Shown: piece by piece, positions 37,981-46,514 of the stretch
How positions within the stretch are numbered: position 1 is the first letter of the stretch
Layout of the letters: the number at the start of each line of letters is the position of its first letter
Assembly (NCBI GenBank): GCA_903824505.1
Contig: CAIJXG010000103.1
Span: forward strand, 1-46,514
Reading direction: 5' to 3'
DNA: 46,514 nucleotides
DNA from: an uncultured Pseudomonadota bacterium
Lineage (GTDB): Bacteria; Pseudomonadota; Alphaproteobacteria; UBA9219
Notes under the pieces: generated by a model
Told to the model about the DNA's origin: nothing
The model's input: only the letters and a program-made list of their open reading frames with translations
The model's database searches: none
Translations under genes and position numbers: made by a program

Positions 37981-38823
37981 ATGAGCAACGCTGTCGCTGT
38001 TTCCCGTGCATCCTTGTGGCGCGAGACCTTAACCGATCTAAAACCCGCACTCAAAGTCCAATGGCGCTGGGTTCTGGGCGTGGCCGTTGTGTTCGCCTTG
38101 CTGCAGTTTTTGATGGTGTCTCTTGGCGCTGATCCCAGCGAACTGAGGAGACATCCTGAATTAGTTAAACAGCATCCTGAGCTGCCTGCGCGGATGTATT
38201 TGTTTTTATTTGGACAGACTCTTTTGGGGAGTTCATGCATCTATCTTCTTACGGTTCTTTATTTGCAAACTATACTCAAAAAATCCCCCCCTCAATTGAC
38301 ATTTGGGAACTTTTTTTATTGGCTTGGCCAATATATTTTATGGATCCTTGCGATTCTTGTGCCGCTGTTTTCTGTAGGCGCAATCCTTGGGGTTGTTACT
38401 ATACTTAAAGCGCCTAAAATTTTTATGATCGCAGCTGTTATCCTTGCTGTGGTTGCTTTTGTTTTTTGTATGCACATTATGTTGCGGCTGTATGTGGTCT
38501 CTCCCATCGCTATTTTTAGACGTAAGCCCATTCTAAAAAACAGTTGGGAGCTTACAAAGGGGCAATGTTGGCGGATCTTTTGGAACGCTTTAATGCCTCT
38601 CTTGATCATTTATCTTGTTTTTGCTGTTCCGCTTATAGCGGCGGCCCTTGTTTCCAAAATGTTTGCGGGAACTTTGGTTGCGAAGCTCTTTTCTTCCGTT
38701 ATTCAAGGCGGGCTCCAATCTGTTATCGACTTGTCCTTCGCCATTTTCATGTGCACCACCTACCGCATCCTTCTGCGCGAGCGGAAAGCGGCTTCTCTGG
38801 ACTCTTCTTCTGCTCAAACCTAA
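37981..38823 (+). CDS. Hypothetical integral membrane protein (about 6 TM, SWELTKG..WRIF motif)
   Basis: AGGAG RBS; hydrophobic profile; the motif is common in YciC/GPDP-membrane-domain-like proteins. Confidence 0.75.
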   Translation: MSNAVAVSRASLWRETLTDLKPALKVQWRWVLGVAVVFALLQFLMVSLGADPSELRRHPELVKQHPELPARMYLFLFGQTLLGSSCIYLLTVLYLQTILKKSPPQLTFGNFFYWLGQYILWILAILVPLFSVGAILGVVTILKAPKIFMIAAVILAVVAFVFCMHIMLRLYVVSPIAIFRRKPILKNSWELTKGQCWRIFWNALMPLLIIYLVFAVPLIAAALVSKMFAGTLVAKLFSSVIQGGLQSVIDLSFAIFMCTTYRILLRERKAASLDSSSAQT

Positions 38824-38835
38824 AGGAACCTGCCT

Positions 38836-39819
38836 ATGTCCGGCCTTTTGACTCCCAATCCCGTCTATAAGCCTTTCCGCTATCCGTGGGCCTATGAATG
38901 TTGGCAAAAGCAGCAGCAGCTTCACTGGCTGCCCGAAGAAGTGCCGATGGCCGATGATATTAAGGATTGGAAACAAAAACTAACGGCGGCGGAGCGCAAT
39001 TTGCTGACCCAGATTTTCCGCTTTTTTACCCAAGCGGATGTCGAAGTGAATAATTGCTATATGAAGAAATACGCGACCGTCTTTCAGCCGACCGAGATTC
39101 AAATGATGCTCTCGGCTTTTTCGAATATGGAGACGGTTCATATCGCCGCCTATGCCCATTTGCTTGACACAATCGGCATGCCCGAGGTGGAATATTCGGC
39201 CTTCCTGCGCTATAAGGAAATGAAGGCCAAATATGATTACATGCAGGGATTCAACTGCAGCAATCCGGTTGAAACGGCGCGGACTCTGGCTGTGTTTGGG
39301 GCCTTTACCGAAGGGCTGCAGCTTTTCGCCTCCTTTGCGATGCTGATGAATTTCCCGCGCTTCAATAAGATGAAAGGCATGGGACAGATCGTCACATGGT
39401 CGGTGCGGGATGAGACTCTGCACACTCTGTCCATCATTCGCCTGTTCCGCACTTTTATCGACGAGAACAAATTCATCTGGACGGAAAGCTTCCAGCGCGA
39501 ATTGTACCTTGCCTGCGATACGATTGTGGATCACGAAGACGCCTTTATCGATCTGTCTTTCGAGCTTGGCCCTGTCGAAGGTCTGAAAGCGGACGAGGTG
39601 AAAGCCTATATCCGCTATATCGCAGACCGCCGTCTGATTCAGCTGGGGATGCAACCGATCTATAAGGTCGCGAAGAACCCGCTGCCTTGGATGGATGAAA
39701 TGATGAACGCCGCCGAGCATGCGAATTTCTTTGAAGCCCGCGCCACGGAATATAGCCGCGCCGCGACCCAAGGCACATGGGAAGAGGCGTTCGAGGCCAT
39801 GATAAACACGGCAGCGTAG
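38836..39819 (+). CDS. nrdB: Ribonucleotide reductase class I beta subunit
   Basis: YKPFRYPW, HWLPEE, FFTQAD, ETVHIAAY, EGLQLFASF, RDETLH, NFFEARATEY. Confidence 0.95.
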   Translation: MSGLLTPNPVYKPFRYPWAYECWQKQQQLHWLPEEVPMADDIKDWKQKLTAAERNLLTQIFRFFTQADVEVNNCYMKKYATVFQPTEIQMMLSAFSNMETVHIAAYAHLLDTIGMPEVEYSAFLRYKEMKAKYDYMQGFNCSNPVETARTLAVFGAFTEGLQLFASFAMLMNFPRFNKMKGMGQIVTWSVRDETLHTLSIIRLFRTFIDENKFIWTESFQRELYLACDTIVDHEDAFIDLSFELGPVEGLKADEVKAYIRYIADRRLIQLGMQPIYKVAKNPLPWMDEMMNAAEHANFFEARATEYSRAATQGTWEEAFEAMINTAA

Positions 39820-39861
39820 AGGCTGCTTATTTGTTAACAGTGTCTAAAAGGGTTTTCTTCT

Positions 39862-40920
39862 ATGTCCTGTCTTTACAAAACCCTTCGGCCCCTCCTCTTC
39901 CAAATTGACCCTGAACGAGCGCATGAGCTTGCGATCATGGGGCTACGCTGGGGCACCCTGCCACGGCTAAAACCGCCGGAAGATCCTGTTTTGCAAACGC
40001 GTGTTTGCGGGATGAATTTTCCGCATCCGATCGGGCTGGCGGCTGGTTTTGATAAGCAAGCGCGGGCGATCAAGGGCGTTTTGGGACTTGGTTTCGGTTT
40101 TGTGGAATTGGGAACCATCGTACCAAAGCCTCAAACGGGCAATCCCAAGCCTCGGCTTTTTCGAATCCCTGAGTCGGACGCCATCATCAACCGCTTCGGT
40201 TTTAACAGCGATGGGCAAGAGGCTGTTCTTCCCCGCGTCGCGGCCTATTTTAACGGACGCCCTCACTGCAAGGCTCCCGTAGGCATCAATATCAGCAAAA
40301 ATAAAGACAGCGCGGAGTCGGCCGATGATTATATCCAAGGAGTGACGGCTTTCGCGCCCTATGCCGACTATCTCGCCGTTAATGTCTCTTCGCCCAATAC
40401 GCCCGGCCTGCGAGCCCTGCAAAATCGGGGGGCGTTGAAAGAGATCCTCAGTGCGATTTTGGCGGCGCGTGCGACGGCATCCCGCCAACCGCCTATCTTC
40501 CTGAAAATCGCGCCGGATCAAACGGATGAAAATCTGCAAGATATCGCCGATCTGTGCCTTGCACTAAGGATCGATGGGATAATTGTTGGGAATACAACAG
40601 TCTCGCGCCTGTCAACGCTTCCTCCGGCTCTCGCCAAAGAAACAGGCGGCCTGTCGGGACGGCCTTTGTTTGATCTATCAACGCGGGTTCTGGCGGATAT
40701 GTATCGGCTCACCAAGGGGAAGATCCCCTTGATCGGCTGCGGCGGCGTTTTCACAGGCGCGGATGCCTATGCGAAAATCCGCGCGGGGGCATCCTTGGTC
40801 CAAATTTACACCGCGATGATTTATGAAGGTCCTTATGTTGCCATTCGAATCGCCCAAGACCTCGCTGCGCTTCTAAAACGGGATGGATTCGCTTCGGTGG
40901 CCGAAGCCATCGGAAAATAA
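39862..40920 (+). CDS. pyrD: Quinone-dependent dihydroorotate dehydrogenase
   Basis: GLAAGFDK, GNPKPRLFR, INRFGFN, NVSSPNTPGLR, KIAPD, GGLSG, AGASLVQ. Confidence 0.96.
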   Translation: MSCLYKTLRPLLFQIDPERAHELAIMGLRWGTLPRLKPPEDPVLQTRVCGMNFPHPIGLAAGFDKQARAIKGVLGLGFGFVELGTIVPKPQTGNPKPRLFRIPESDAIINRFGFNSDGQEAVLPRVAAYFNGRPHCKAPVGINISKNKDSAESADDYIQGVTAFAPYADYLAVNVSSPNTPGLRALQNRGALKEILSAILAARATASRQPPIFLKIAPDQTDENLQDIADLCLALRIDGIIVGNTTVSRLSTLPPALAKETGGLSGRPLFDLSTRVLADMYRLTKGKIPLIGCGGVFTGADAYAKIRAGASLVQIYTAMIYEGPYVAIRIAQDLAALLKRDGFASVAEAIGK

Positions 40921-41100
40921 GCTATACCGCACCACGCCATAAGTTGGCCTTTTGTGTCACGAGCGGTTGCGACAGGATTGCCGCGCGCCGGATAGGAAAA
41001 GATGAAGCAAAATAACGACCAAGTCCGGCCAGCGGCACTCATGGCGCAGAGCGAGTGTTGTCGAGCAAAAAGTTTAGCCTGTAGCGTCTCGCAGTATATC

Positions 41101-41544
41101 ATGCCGGATTTTATGGCCCTCGCCCTTCAAGAAGCCGAAGCGGCAGCCGCGCGCGGAGAAGTTCCCGTCGGAGCCGTCCTTGTTTCCTCTTCCGGCGACA
41201 TTCTCGCTTGCGCGGGCAATCAAACCGAAGCCGATGCCGATCCAACAGCGCATGCCGAAATACTGGCTCTCCGCACCGCAGCCCGTCTGCGCGGCACGCC
41301 GCGCCTGCCCGATTGCGACCTTTATGTAACGCTTGAGCCTTGCGCCATGTGCGCGGCCGCCCTTAGCTTCGCGCGTCTGCGCCGCGTGATTTTTGGAGCC
41401 TACGACCCGAAAGGCGGAGCCGTCGACCACGGCCCCCGCTTTTTCACGCAACCGACCTGCCACCATGCGCCGGAAACCATCGGCGGAATCGAGGCGGAAA
41501 CCGCCAGCGCCCTCTTGCGCCGCTTTTTCGAAGAGAGGCGATGA
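41101..41544 (+). CDS. tadA: tRNA adenosine deaminase
   Basis: GEVPVGAV, PTAHAE, TLEPCAMC, FGAYDPKGG. Confidence 0.92.
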   Translation: MPDFMALALQEAEAAAARGEVPVGAVLVSSSGDILACAGNQTEADADPTAHAEILALRTAARLRGTPRLPDCDLYVTLEPCAMCAAALSFARLRRVIFGAYDPKGGAVDHGPRFFTQPTCHHAPETIGGIEAETASALLRRFFEERR

Positions 41545-41551
41545 TTGGGGG

Positions 41552-44500
41552 TTATCCCGAAAGCCCCTCAAGCGCTTCATTGGCAAGAGAAAGAAGCGCG
41601 AGGTCCGGGGCACCCCCCGCCTTGCCTTCGGTGATCAAGGCATCGTAGGGATCTAGTCGCGCGGTGTTTTGAGCGCTCCATGCCGCCAGAGCGGGGGAGG
41701 CATCGAGATCTTTTCGTCCGGCAAGCTCTGCGGTCAGGCGGTTATGATGCGCCGACAAATCGCGCAGGACTGACGTCAGCGCCGCCTGTTGCCACGGCGT
41801 TTGAGTCGCCGCGGATAAAGCAGGATGCCGCAGCCACCCGAATCCCAATCTTTTTTCAAAACCGAAATAAAGGGCGGCGAGCGTCTCAATCTCTTTTCCT
41901 GTTTGCGCCGATAAAGCAATCAGCCCATAGGCGTCAACCAAAACGGGCAAAAGAGCCACGCGACGGGCCAAGGCGCGGGGCACTTGCTTCTCGACCCATG
42001 CGGTTTCGGTAGAGTGAAGGGTTGAATCGACCGGATCATGATGTTTGCCGATCCAAGCCGTTAAAGACTCTAGCCCCTTGCGGTCGCGGGTAATGGCCTG
42101 ATCCAAATCCTTCAGATCAACAGCCTCCGCTAAAATCCGATCCATTAATCCCGCCAGCGCGGCGCGAATAGAGAGCAAAAGCTTGGTTTGCGTGGCGGCG
42201 GGCAGCATCTCGTCTTGATGCTCCACCTCTGTCCACAGCGCGCGAAGGCCAAGCGCCTCTCGCGCCAAAACATAGGCGCGCACGACCCGCGCGGGATCCG
42301 CGCGTTCCGCCATCGCGGCAACCAGACGAATGCCCGTATGATTAACAATGTCGTTGGTTAGAACCGTCGCCGCGATCTCTCGCCGCAACTGATGCCGTTC
42401 AATGGCTACTGCATGGCTCTTTTGAAGCGTATTCGGAAAATAGGCGGCGATTGCCGCGCGCAAGGCTTTGTAGTCCGGCAGGTCAGAGTCTAAGAGTCGC
42501 GGCGTAAGCCAGATCTTGACATAAGATAAGAGTACCGCAAGTTCGGGACGTGTCAGCCCCCTGCCCTGCCGATGCCGCTCCGCTATTTCGGCCTCATCGG
42601 GCAAAAACTCAACGGCGCGGTTTAGAAGACCTGTTTTTTCAAGAAACTGCATAGCATGAGCGTGCGCTATCAGAGACTCAGGCGCGGTTGCCTCGGCCAA
42701 AGTCAGCGCCTGAGTCTGCAAATAATTGTCGCGTAGTACCAGATGCGCGACCGCATCGGTCATACCCGCCAGAAGCGTATTGCGCGCTTCCGCGCTCAGC
42801 TCTTTTTCAGGGCTTAACAGAATCTTGATATTGACTTCGTGGTCAGAGGTATCGACTCCGGCAGAGTTATCAATCGCGTCTGTGTTCAACCGCCCACCAG
42901 ATAACGCATACTCAACCCGTCCGCGCTGAGTCATGCCCAGATTTCCGCCTTCCCCGATGATCTTCGCCCGCACCTCTGAGCCATTCACACGCAGACTGTC
43001 ATTGGCGCGATCGGCCACGACATCATGCGCTTCACTCTCGGCCTTGATGTAGGTGCCGATGCCGCCAAAATACAGAAGCTCAACCTGCGCCGTAAGCAGC
43101 GCTTGAATCAGCTCAGCCGGAGCTAGATGATCCACAGTAAGCCCATAGGCTTTTTTCATCTCGGCGGAAATTTTGATGGATTTTTCGCTGCGCGCAAAAA
43201 TGCCTCCCCCTTTGGATATCAAGGTCAGGTCATAATCCGCCCAACTGCTGCGCGGCAAAGCGAAGAGCCGCGCCCGCTCCCCGTAACTGATCGCCGCATC
43301 GGGATTCGGATCGCAGAAAATATGGCGGTGGTCAAAGGCGCCCAGAAGGCAGATATGTTTGGACAAAAGCATGCCATTGCCGAAGACATCGCCGGACATA
43401 TCGCCCACACCGATACAGGTAAAATCTGTTTCTTGAATGTTTTTGCCGCTTTCACGGAAATGGCGTTTGATGGCCTCCCACGCGCCGCGCGCGGTAATCC
43501 CCATCTTTTTGTGGTCGTAACCCGCCGAGCCGCCGGAGGCAAAAGCGTCATCGAGCCAAAAGCCGCGTTCCCGCGCAATGCCATTCGCAATATCCGAAAA
43601 TGTCGCCGTGCCCTTATCCGCCGCGACAACCAAATAGGGATCATCGCCGTCATGCCGCACGGTATCGGGAGGTGGCACAATCGCGCCGTTTTCACGGTTA
43701 TCCGTTAAATCCAACAGCCCGTTCATCATCAGCTTGTAACAGGCGATCCCTTCTTGTTGAAAGGCTCCGGAATCGGCAGGCGGGTGCTTGACGATAAACC
43801 CGCCCTTCGATCCCACCGGCACAATCACGCTGTTCTTGACCATCTGGGCCTTCATCAGCGCCAGCACTTCATAGCGGAAATCATCCCGCCGATCTGACCA
43901 GCGGATTCCACCCCGCGCGACCTTACCGCCGCGCAAATGCAAAGCCTCCACACGAGGACTATAGACAAAAATTTCGTACAAAGGCTTGGGCAGCGGCATA
44001 AAATGAACGAGGCGGCTGTCGAATTTAATCGCAAGACAGGGCTTGGGAGTCCCATCTCCCTGACGCTGAAAGAAATTCGTGCGCAAACTGGCTTGCACCA
44101 GATTCACATACCGCCGAAGGATCCGGTCGTCTTCCAGCGAAGTCACCCTTTCAAGCGCAGCTTTAAGCGAGGTCTCTTGTTTATGCAAAGCAGCGGCGCG
44201 GTCTCCTGAAAAGGCCGGATCGTGGCGCGTTTTAAAAAATGTAACAATCTTTTGAACCAGATCGGGCGCATTCACCAGCGCAGCGCTCATCATCTCATGG
44301 CTATAGGGAATACGTAATTGGCGCAGATAGCGCGCGAAGGCGCGAAGCAAAGCAATCTCCATCGGCCCCATGCCGACGCGCAGAGCTAGAGCGTTGACTC
44401 CATCATCTTCCGCCTCTCCCGCCCAGACTTTTAGAAAAGTTGCCTCGAAAGCAGGCTTCAGAGCTGCAAAATCCGCGCACAAATCAAACGCAGGCTCGCC

Positions 44501-46303
44501 CACATATTCATGCACAAAGATGGATATGTCGGAGCTTTTAAACCGTACCTCATAAGGGCCGGACATAAAGGCGACGCGCAGCCCCATATGCTCGATCAAG
44601 GGCAGGGTTTCGGACAAAGACAAAGCGCGAGCCGGCTGCAACACTTTCAACCGCAACCGCTTACCGTCCGGCTCCTGTTGCAAATCGGCGATCAGGCGAG
44701 GCTGCGCCCGCGCGGATTCCAAAAGGCTTATATCCTGAGCCGCGCGGACAGGCAGAACCGTATCTTGATAGGAATAGGAAAAACTCTCCCCATAGCGCCG
44801 CAAAAGAGCCAGCCCTTGCGCTTCTCCGTACAGATCAATCAGGGCATCGCGCAGACGATCCGTCCAGCTTCGGCACATATCGCGCAAAGTTTCTTCCAGC
44901 AACGCGGGGGCGGGACGCGGCGAATCGCTTTGAAGATGGACGATGATAAAGGCGCGGGCCAACAAACTGTCGTCGATGCGGACGTGCCATGCGCGCACAT
45001 CTCCCTCATGCGCCGCGCCCAAAAAGGCCTGCACACGGTCCCGCAGCGTGGAATCATACCGATCACGCGGGACATATAGAAGGAAGGAGACATAACGCCC
45101 GAAGGGATCCAGCCGCCGGAATAACGCGACTCGGGCTCGCTCCTGAAGCTGTAAAATGCCGCGCGCATTGGCGAAGAGTTCATCCTCGTTGATCTGAAAC
45201 AGCTCGTCATGCGGATAGGTGTTAAGAATATGGGTCAGCGCCCGTCCATCATGGCTTTCCGGGGCAAGATTCAGGCGTTCAACCACATGCGCGATTTTGC
45301 GGCGCATGAAAGGAATATCAAAAGGCGTTTGGGCGTAAGTACGGGCGGTAAAAAGGCCAACAAAAAGTTTCTCGCCCGTGACGATTCCCTGCGCGTCAAA
45401 GCTGCGGATAAAAACCGCATCCATCGGCACGATACGATGCACCCGCGCGACATCATCCGTCTTAGTCATAAACAAAACATGATGCCGCCGCGCGTATTTC
45501 ACGAGAGCCGGACTCTTCCGGCTGTCGAGATCACGCAAGCCTCCGAACATACGGCGTTCGTCATCGCGCAAGATGCCCAAGCCCTGCCCTGCCACAATCC
45601 GAATCGCGCTGACATCCTCGCCCGTTGTTTCCAGTGCGATCTCGCGAGAACCTAAAAAAGTGAAATTATCCTCGGCCAGCCACGCGAGAAACGCGCGGAT
45701 CTCCTCAATATCTTCAGCGGCATCTACGCACCGTCCTGACGGGGTAAGACTGTCCATCGTCGCGCACATACGGGCACGCATGGGTCCCCAATCCACCACG
45801 GCTGCCGTCACTTCGGCCAGAGTCAGGCGAATTTCTTTTTCAATGTCGGCCAACTGAGCCTCATCGGGGCATCTGTCAACCTGGATATGAATCACAGATT
45901 CAGATGCGGTGTTCTTGCCTTCCGCCTGTGCCAAGCCCTCAAGCTTACCCTGTGCGTCGCGCGCCAGAGTCAAAACGGGGTGGATCAGCACATGAATAGA
46001 GAGGCCTTTGGCCTGTAACGTGCCCGTCAGCGAGTCGATCAAAAAAGGCATGTCGTCGGCGACCATTTCCACAAGCGTGTGATCAACGCTCCAGCCGTCA
46101 TGCGCGATGTCTGGGTTGGAGACACGAATCTTCGTCTCTCCAAGGCGCCGCGTTTCACCCAGATTCCACAAAGAAGCTGCCATGGCCTCCTGCGCCTGAG
46201 GCGAAAAGGGCCGCAGATCAACAGGCGGCACATGCGCAAAAAAAGCGGCCATAAAGTCTGCCGGAACGGCTTTCACAGAAGAGCGCATCGGTTTTCCAAA
46301 CAT
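41552..46303 (-). CDS. gdhB: Large NAD-specific glutamate dehydrogenase
   Basis: 1583 aa; DDMPFLIDS, ARGGIRWSDR, KAQMVKN, DPYLVVAADKGTATFSD, GDMSGDVFGNGML, DNSAGVDTSDHEVNIKI. Confidence 0.95.
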   Translation of the reverse strand: MFGKPMRSSVKAVPADFMAAFFAHVPPVDLRPFSPQAQEAMAASLWNLGETRRLGETKIRVSNPDIAHDGWSVDHTLVEMVADDMPFLIDSLTGTLQAKGLSIHVLIHPVLTLARDAQGKLEGLAQAEGKNTASESVIHIQVDRCPDEAQLADIEKEIRLTLAEVTAAVVDWGPMRARMCATMDSLTPSGRCVDAAEDIEEIRAFLAWLAEDNFTFLGSREIALETTGEDVSAIRIVAGQGLGILRDDERRMFGGLRDLDSRKSPALVKYARRHHVLFMTKTDDVARVHRIVPMDAVFIRSFDAQGIVTGEKLFVGLFTARTYAQTPFDIPFMRRKIAHVVERLNLAPESHDGRALTHILNTYPHDELFQINEDELFANARGILQLQERARVALFRRLDPFGRYVSFLLYVPRDRYDSTLRDRVQAFLGAAHEGDVRAWHVRIDDSLLARAFIIVHLQSDSPRPAPALLEETLRDMCRSWTDRLRDALIDLYGEAQGLALLRRYGESFSYSYQDTVLPVRAAQDISLLESARAQPRLIADLQQEPDGKRLRLKVLQPARALSLSETLPLIEHMGLRVAFMSGPYEVRFKSSDISIFVHEYVGEPAFDLCADFAALKPAFEATFLKVWAGEAEDDGVNALALRVGMGPMEIALLRAFARYLRQLRIPYSHEMMSAALVNAPDLVQKIVTFFKTRHDPAFSGDRAAALHKQETSLKAALERVTSLEDDRILRRYVNLVQASLRTNFFQRQGDGTPKPCLAIKFDSRLVHFMPLPKPLYEIFVYSPRVEALHLRGGKVARGGIRWSDRRDDFRYEVLALMKAQMVKNSVIVPVGSKGGFIVKHPPADSGAFQQEGIACYKLMMNGLLDLTDNRENGAIVPPPDTVRHDGDDPYLVVAADKGTATFSDIANGIARERGFWLDDAFASGGSAGYDHKKMGITARGAWEAIKRHFRESGKNIQETDFTCIGVGDMSGDVFGNGMLLSKHICLLGAFDHRHIFCDPNPDAAISYGERARLFALPRSSWADYDLTLISKGGGIFARSEKSIKISAEMKKAYGLTVDHLAPAELIQALLTAQVELLYFGGIGTYIKAESEAHDVVADRANDSLRVNGSEVRAKIIGEGGNLGMTQRGRVEYALSGGRLNTDAIDNSAGVDTSDHEVNIKILLSPEKELSAEARNTLLAGMTDAVAHLVLRDNYLQTQALTLAEATAPESLIAHAHAMQFLEKTGLLNRAVEFLPDEAEIAERHRQGRGLTRPELAVLLSYVKIWLTPRLLDSDLPDYKALRAAIAAYFPNTLQKSHAVAIERHQLRREIAATVLTNDIVNHTGIRLVAAMAERADPARVVRAYVLAREALGLRALWTEVEHQDEMLPAATQTKLLLSIRAALAGLMDRILAEAVDLKDLDQAITRDRKGLESLTAWIGKHHDPVDSTLHSTETAWVEKQVPRALARRVALLPVLVDAYGLIALSAQTGKEIETLAALYFGFEKRLGFGWLRHPALSAATQTPWQQAALTSVLRDLSAHHNRLTAELAGRKDLDASPALAAWSAQNTARLDPYDALITEGKAGGAPDLALLSLANEALEGLSG

Positions 46304-46321
46304 CGGGGATTGAGGTGTTTC

Positions 46322-46352
46322 TGTATAGCGCCATCAGGGGCACTTTGGTCAA
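46322..46352 (-). promoter_or_regulatory. Putative sigma70 promoter for gdhB
   Basis: Minus strand TTGACC-N17-GCTATACA about 20 bp upstream of the start. Confidence 0.45.
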
Positions 46353-46397
46353 TGCGTGATTTTTTCTTCTTCCAGTTGTTTTCGGTGTAATATCAAC

Positions 46398-46423
46398 GGC
46401 CTTAAATTTTCTTCAAAGACTCA
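46398..46423 (+). repeat. Palindromic repeat family B, copy 3 (left half, interrupted by MITE A)
   Basis: GGCCTTAAATTTTCTTCAAAGACTCA followed directly by TATACTCGG. Confidence 0.75.
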
Positions 46424-46514
46424 TATACTCGGCTTCCTTGGAAAGCGGAAAGGATGCGATTCCGTGCAAAACACGGACGCAGCGAAGCTGATGCGCCTTT
46501 TGCGCGGACAAAAC
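46424..46514 (+). mobile_element. MITE family A, long copy 4 (cut off by the window end)
   Basis: TATACTCGGCTTCCTTGGAAAG...CAGCGAAGCTGATGCGCCTTTTGCGCGGACAAAAC. Confidence 0.88.

Noticed and set aside
38980-39771. 263-aa antisense ORF
   Set aside because: Shadow of nrdB.
4962-46514. CRISPR array from the ~30-bp palindromic repeats
   Set aside because: Copies are kilobases apart, in both orientations, with no spacers and no cas genes.

Overview
A 46.5-kb, mostly housekeeping chromosomal segment (roughly 55% GC by eye). The gene types (YhdP/AsmA-like, MidA methyltransferase, LpoA-like/rsmI pair, large NAD-GDH, tRNA sequences) point to an alphaproteobacterium; this is inference. It carries about 38 CDS (dut, tig, argG, argH, a wcbCBA-like capsule trio, pcm, lepB, plsY, mrdA, rsmI, accD, lptD, sufU/sufT, fieF, nrdB, pyrD, tadA, gdhB and others) and four tRNAs (Glu-TTC, Leu-TAG, Cys-GCA, CAT/Ile2). 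The best candidate for a new system is a solitary gene (27192-28682). It fuses a type IV prepilin leader and PilV/Shufflon_N-like pilin domain to a Gly-rich stalk and a phage-fibre S74 self-cleaving chaperone, i.e. a putative trimeric phage-like fibre displayed on a type IV pilus. Intergenic DNA holds several non-autonomous elements: (A) a ~118-bp TA-flanked, highly structured MITE family with 4 long and 2 collapsed ~30-bp copies, one of which hit a stop codon and extended a capsule protein; (B) a ~52-bp palindromic repeat that co-occurs with or is invaded by A; (C) a 215-bp MITE with 18-bp perfect TIRs and a 9-bp target duplication; and an IS3-like end beside a low-GC gene. A ~105-bp inverted duplication (22328-22432 vs 35593-35740) brackets 13 kb and suggests an inversion. 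The tRNA-Glu 3' flank looks like the att end of an integrated element. No CRISPR array, rRNA or intact transposase/integrase was seen. All family assignments come from motif recognition, not database searches.
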